From positions 11,038,001-11,102,000 of the forward strand of contig CM052818.1 in NCBI GenBank assembly GCA_028534125.1: a stretch of 64,000 nucleotides of DNA, given 5' to 3'. Source of the DNA: Lama glama. Taxonomy: Eukaryota. This document shows, one piece after another, positions 62,900 to 64,000 of the stretch. Below the pieces are notes generated by a model. That model was not told the origin of the DNA, ran no database searches, and was given only the letters and a program-made list of their open reading frames with translations. Position numbers and translations under genes: made by a program. Numbering within the stretch: position 1 is the stretch's first letter; each line of letters opens with the position of its first letter.

Positions 62900-63330
62900 A
62901 AAAGGCTAAAGGTCTAATTAGAGATTAGAAATTTTTATGTAAATATCAATAAGGAGTAAAAAATAGGTGAATGATTTTGCATATTAATAACACTGAAACA
63001 AACACCCTTGAACATTTCTCCTTACAGTCAAGAACATTTCTCTAAGGTAGATACATAGAAGTGACATTACTGGGTGGTGGGAAATGGTTATCTCCAGTGT
63101 CTCTCATCTTTGCCAAATTTCTCTCAAAATGGTTTTAATCATTTTCTTATGTTGTCAAGATCCTTGGTGTTATTAGACTGCAGCTTTTGTCTAAGAGTTT
63201 TAAAATAGCATCTCCTTGTTGTTTTAATTTGCACCCACTAATCACTACTGGAAGGGAACTTTTCCCCCCTATCTGTTCAGTGGTGAATAGGGCTTCCCTT
63301 TTCATTCTAGCCTCATAATTTTCAGAGAAA
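62900..63330 (-). mobile_element. Old L1 3' fragment
   Basis: tttctctaaggtagatacatagaagtgacattactgggt and ttgttttaatttgca. Confidence 0.6.
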
Positions 63331-63739
63331 TGAAATGACCTTGACTCAGTCTCCAAGGCCCTCCTCAAGAAACCTAAAAAAGCCTTGGGCCCTCTCTTCT
63401 CAGAATGTGGTACTCAAAGGAATCACTTCTCTAGGGTTGCAAGCCAAACAGTTTAGAGCCAACTGTCATGTAACAGCAAGCCAAGTCCACCAACCTGTCC
63501 TTCCACCAACGTGGCCACACTCCCTTAGGTTCTGGATGACATTTCTGTCTTGAAGACAACTCTGGAGTATTTTAATCTATTACCATGTTGTATCTTAGTT
63601 ATTATTTAGTACTTTATCCAACATTAGTTGAGGCTCAGGTAAGATTCTGAATAGGATGAAGAGGGATGGTTACCTAGAATAAAGTGAAAGACATTAATTT
63701 TAACTAGATGATAAGCACCTTAGGATATAATTGTGTCTG

Positions 63740-63895
63740 ACAGTAATAGTAACAGGGTAATAGTATTTTGGTAATGTCTATAGTATATTAGGCACTATGC
63801 TTAACATTTTTATGTACAATATTTCATTTATCTTCACAAAAATACAGTGAGGTAGACATGATCTTCATTTAACAGATGAGGAAACTGAATGTTTA
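63740..63895 (-). mobile_element. MIR SINE
   Basis: ggcactatgctt...tttcatttatcttcacaa...catttaacagatgaggaaactga. Confidence 0.8.
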
Positions 63896-63914
63896 AATTC
63901 ACAGAAGAGTTCCA

Positions 63915-64000
63915 TAAAAAGAGGATAAAACTCAATTTTTAAAAATGGAGAAAAGATTTGAATAGGTGCGTTACTAAAAAGATACGGGTGGCAAATAAGC
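63915..64000 (+). mobile_element. L1 ORF2 fragment running off the window
   Basis: ctcaatttttaaaaatggagaaaagatttgaatagg...tggcaaataagc. Confidence 0.65.

Noticed and set aside
1..64000. A novel multi-gene system, endogenous viral gene, NUMT or processed pseudogene
   Set aside because: No ORF or decayed frame that I could match to viral, mitochondrial or cellular proteins other than L1; a TBLASTX search would be needed to exclude faint remnants

Overview
Mammalian, AT-rich, CpG-depleted intergenic or intronic DNA. The host is probably a camelid: there is a young tRNA-Ala-derived SINE matching my recollection of vic-1, and I see no Alu, B1, BovB or PRE elements. I cannot identify any protein-coding gene. 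The supplied ORFs are short and either spurious or decayed L1 ORF1/ORF2. A large share of the window is transposon fossils: an L1-dense block at about 19.8-38 kb, L2, MIR, MaLR/ERVL LTRs, and Tigger2, MER58 and MER5 DNA elements. TE-poor islands with CpG retention and dense transcription-factor motifs (about 28.4, 46.1, 48.7, 55.8, 56.4 and 61.3 kb) look like cis-regulatory elements. I found no evidence for a new multi-gene system. The most unusual signals are footprints of mutational mechanisms: a 35-bp templated copy of a site 7.9 kb away patched into an L1; an old L1 3'UTR fragment retrotransposed again via a cryptic polyA signal; a polyadenylated ERV-LTR 3' end inserted with a 17-bp TSD; and a 7-mer array grown from a nested L1 tail. 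There are also a few unassigned exon-like segments. Repeat subfamily names come from memory of consensus sequences, and fossil boundaries are approximate.
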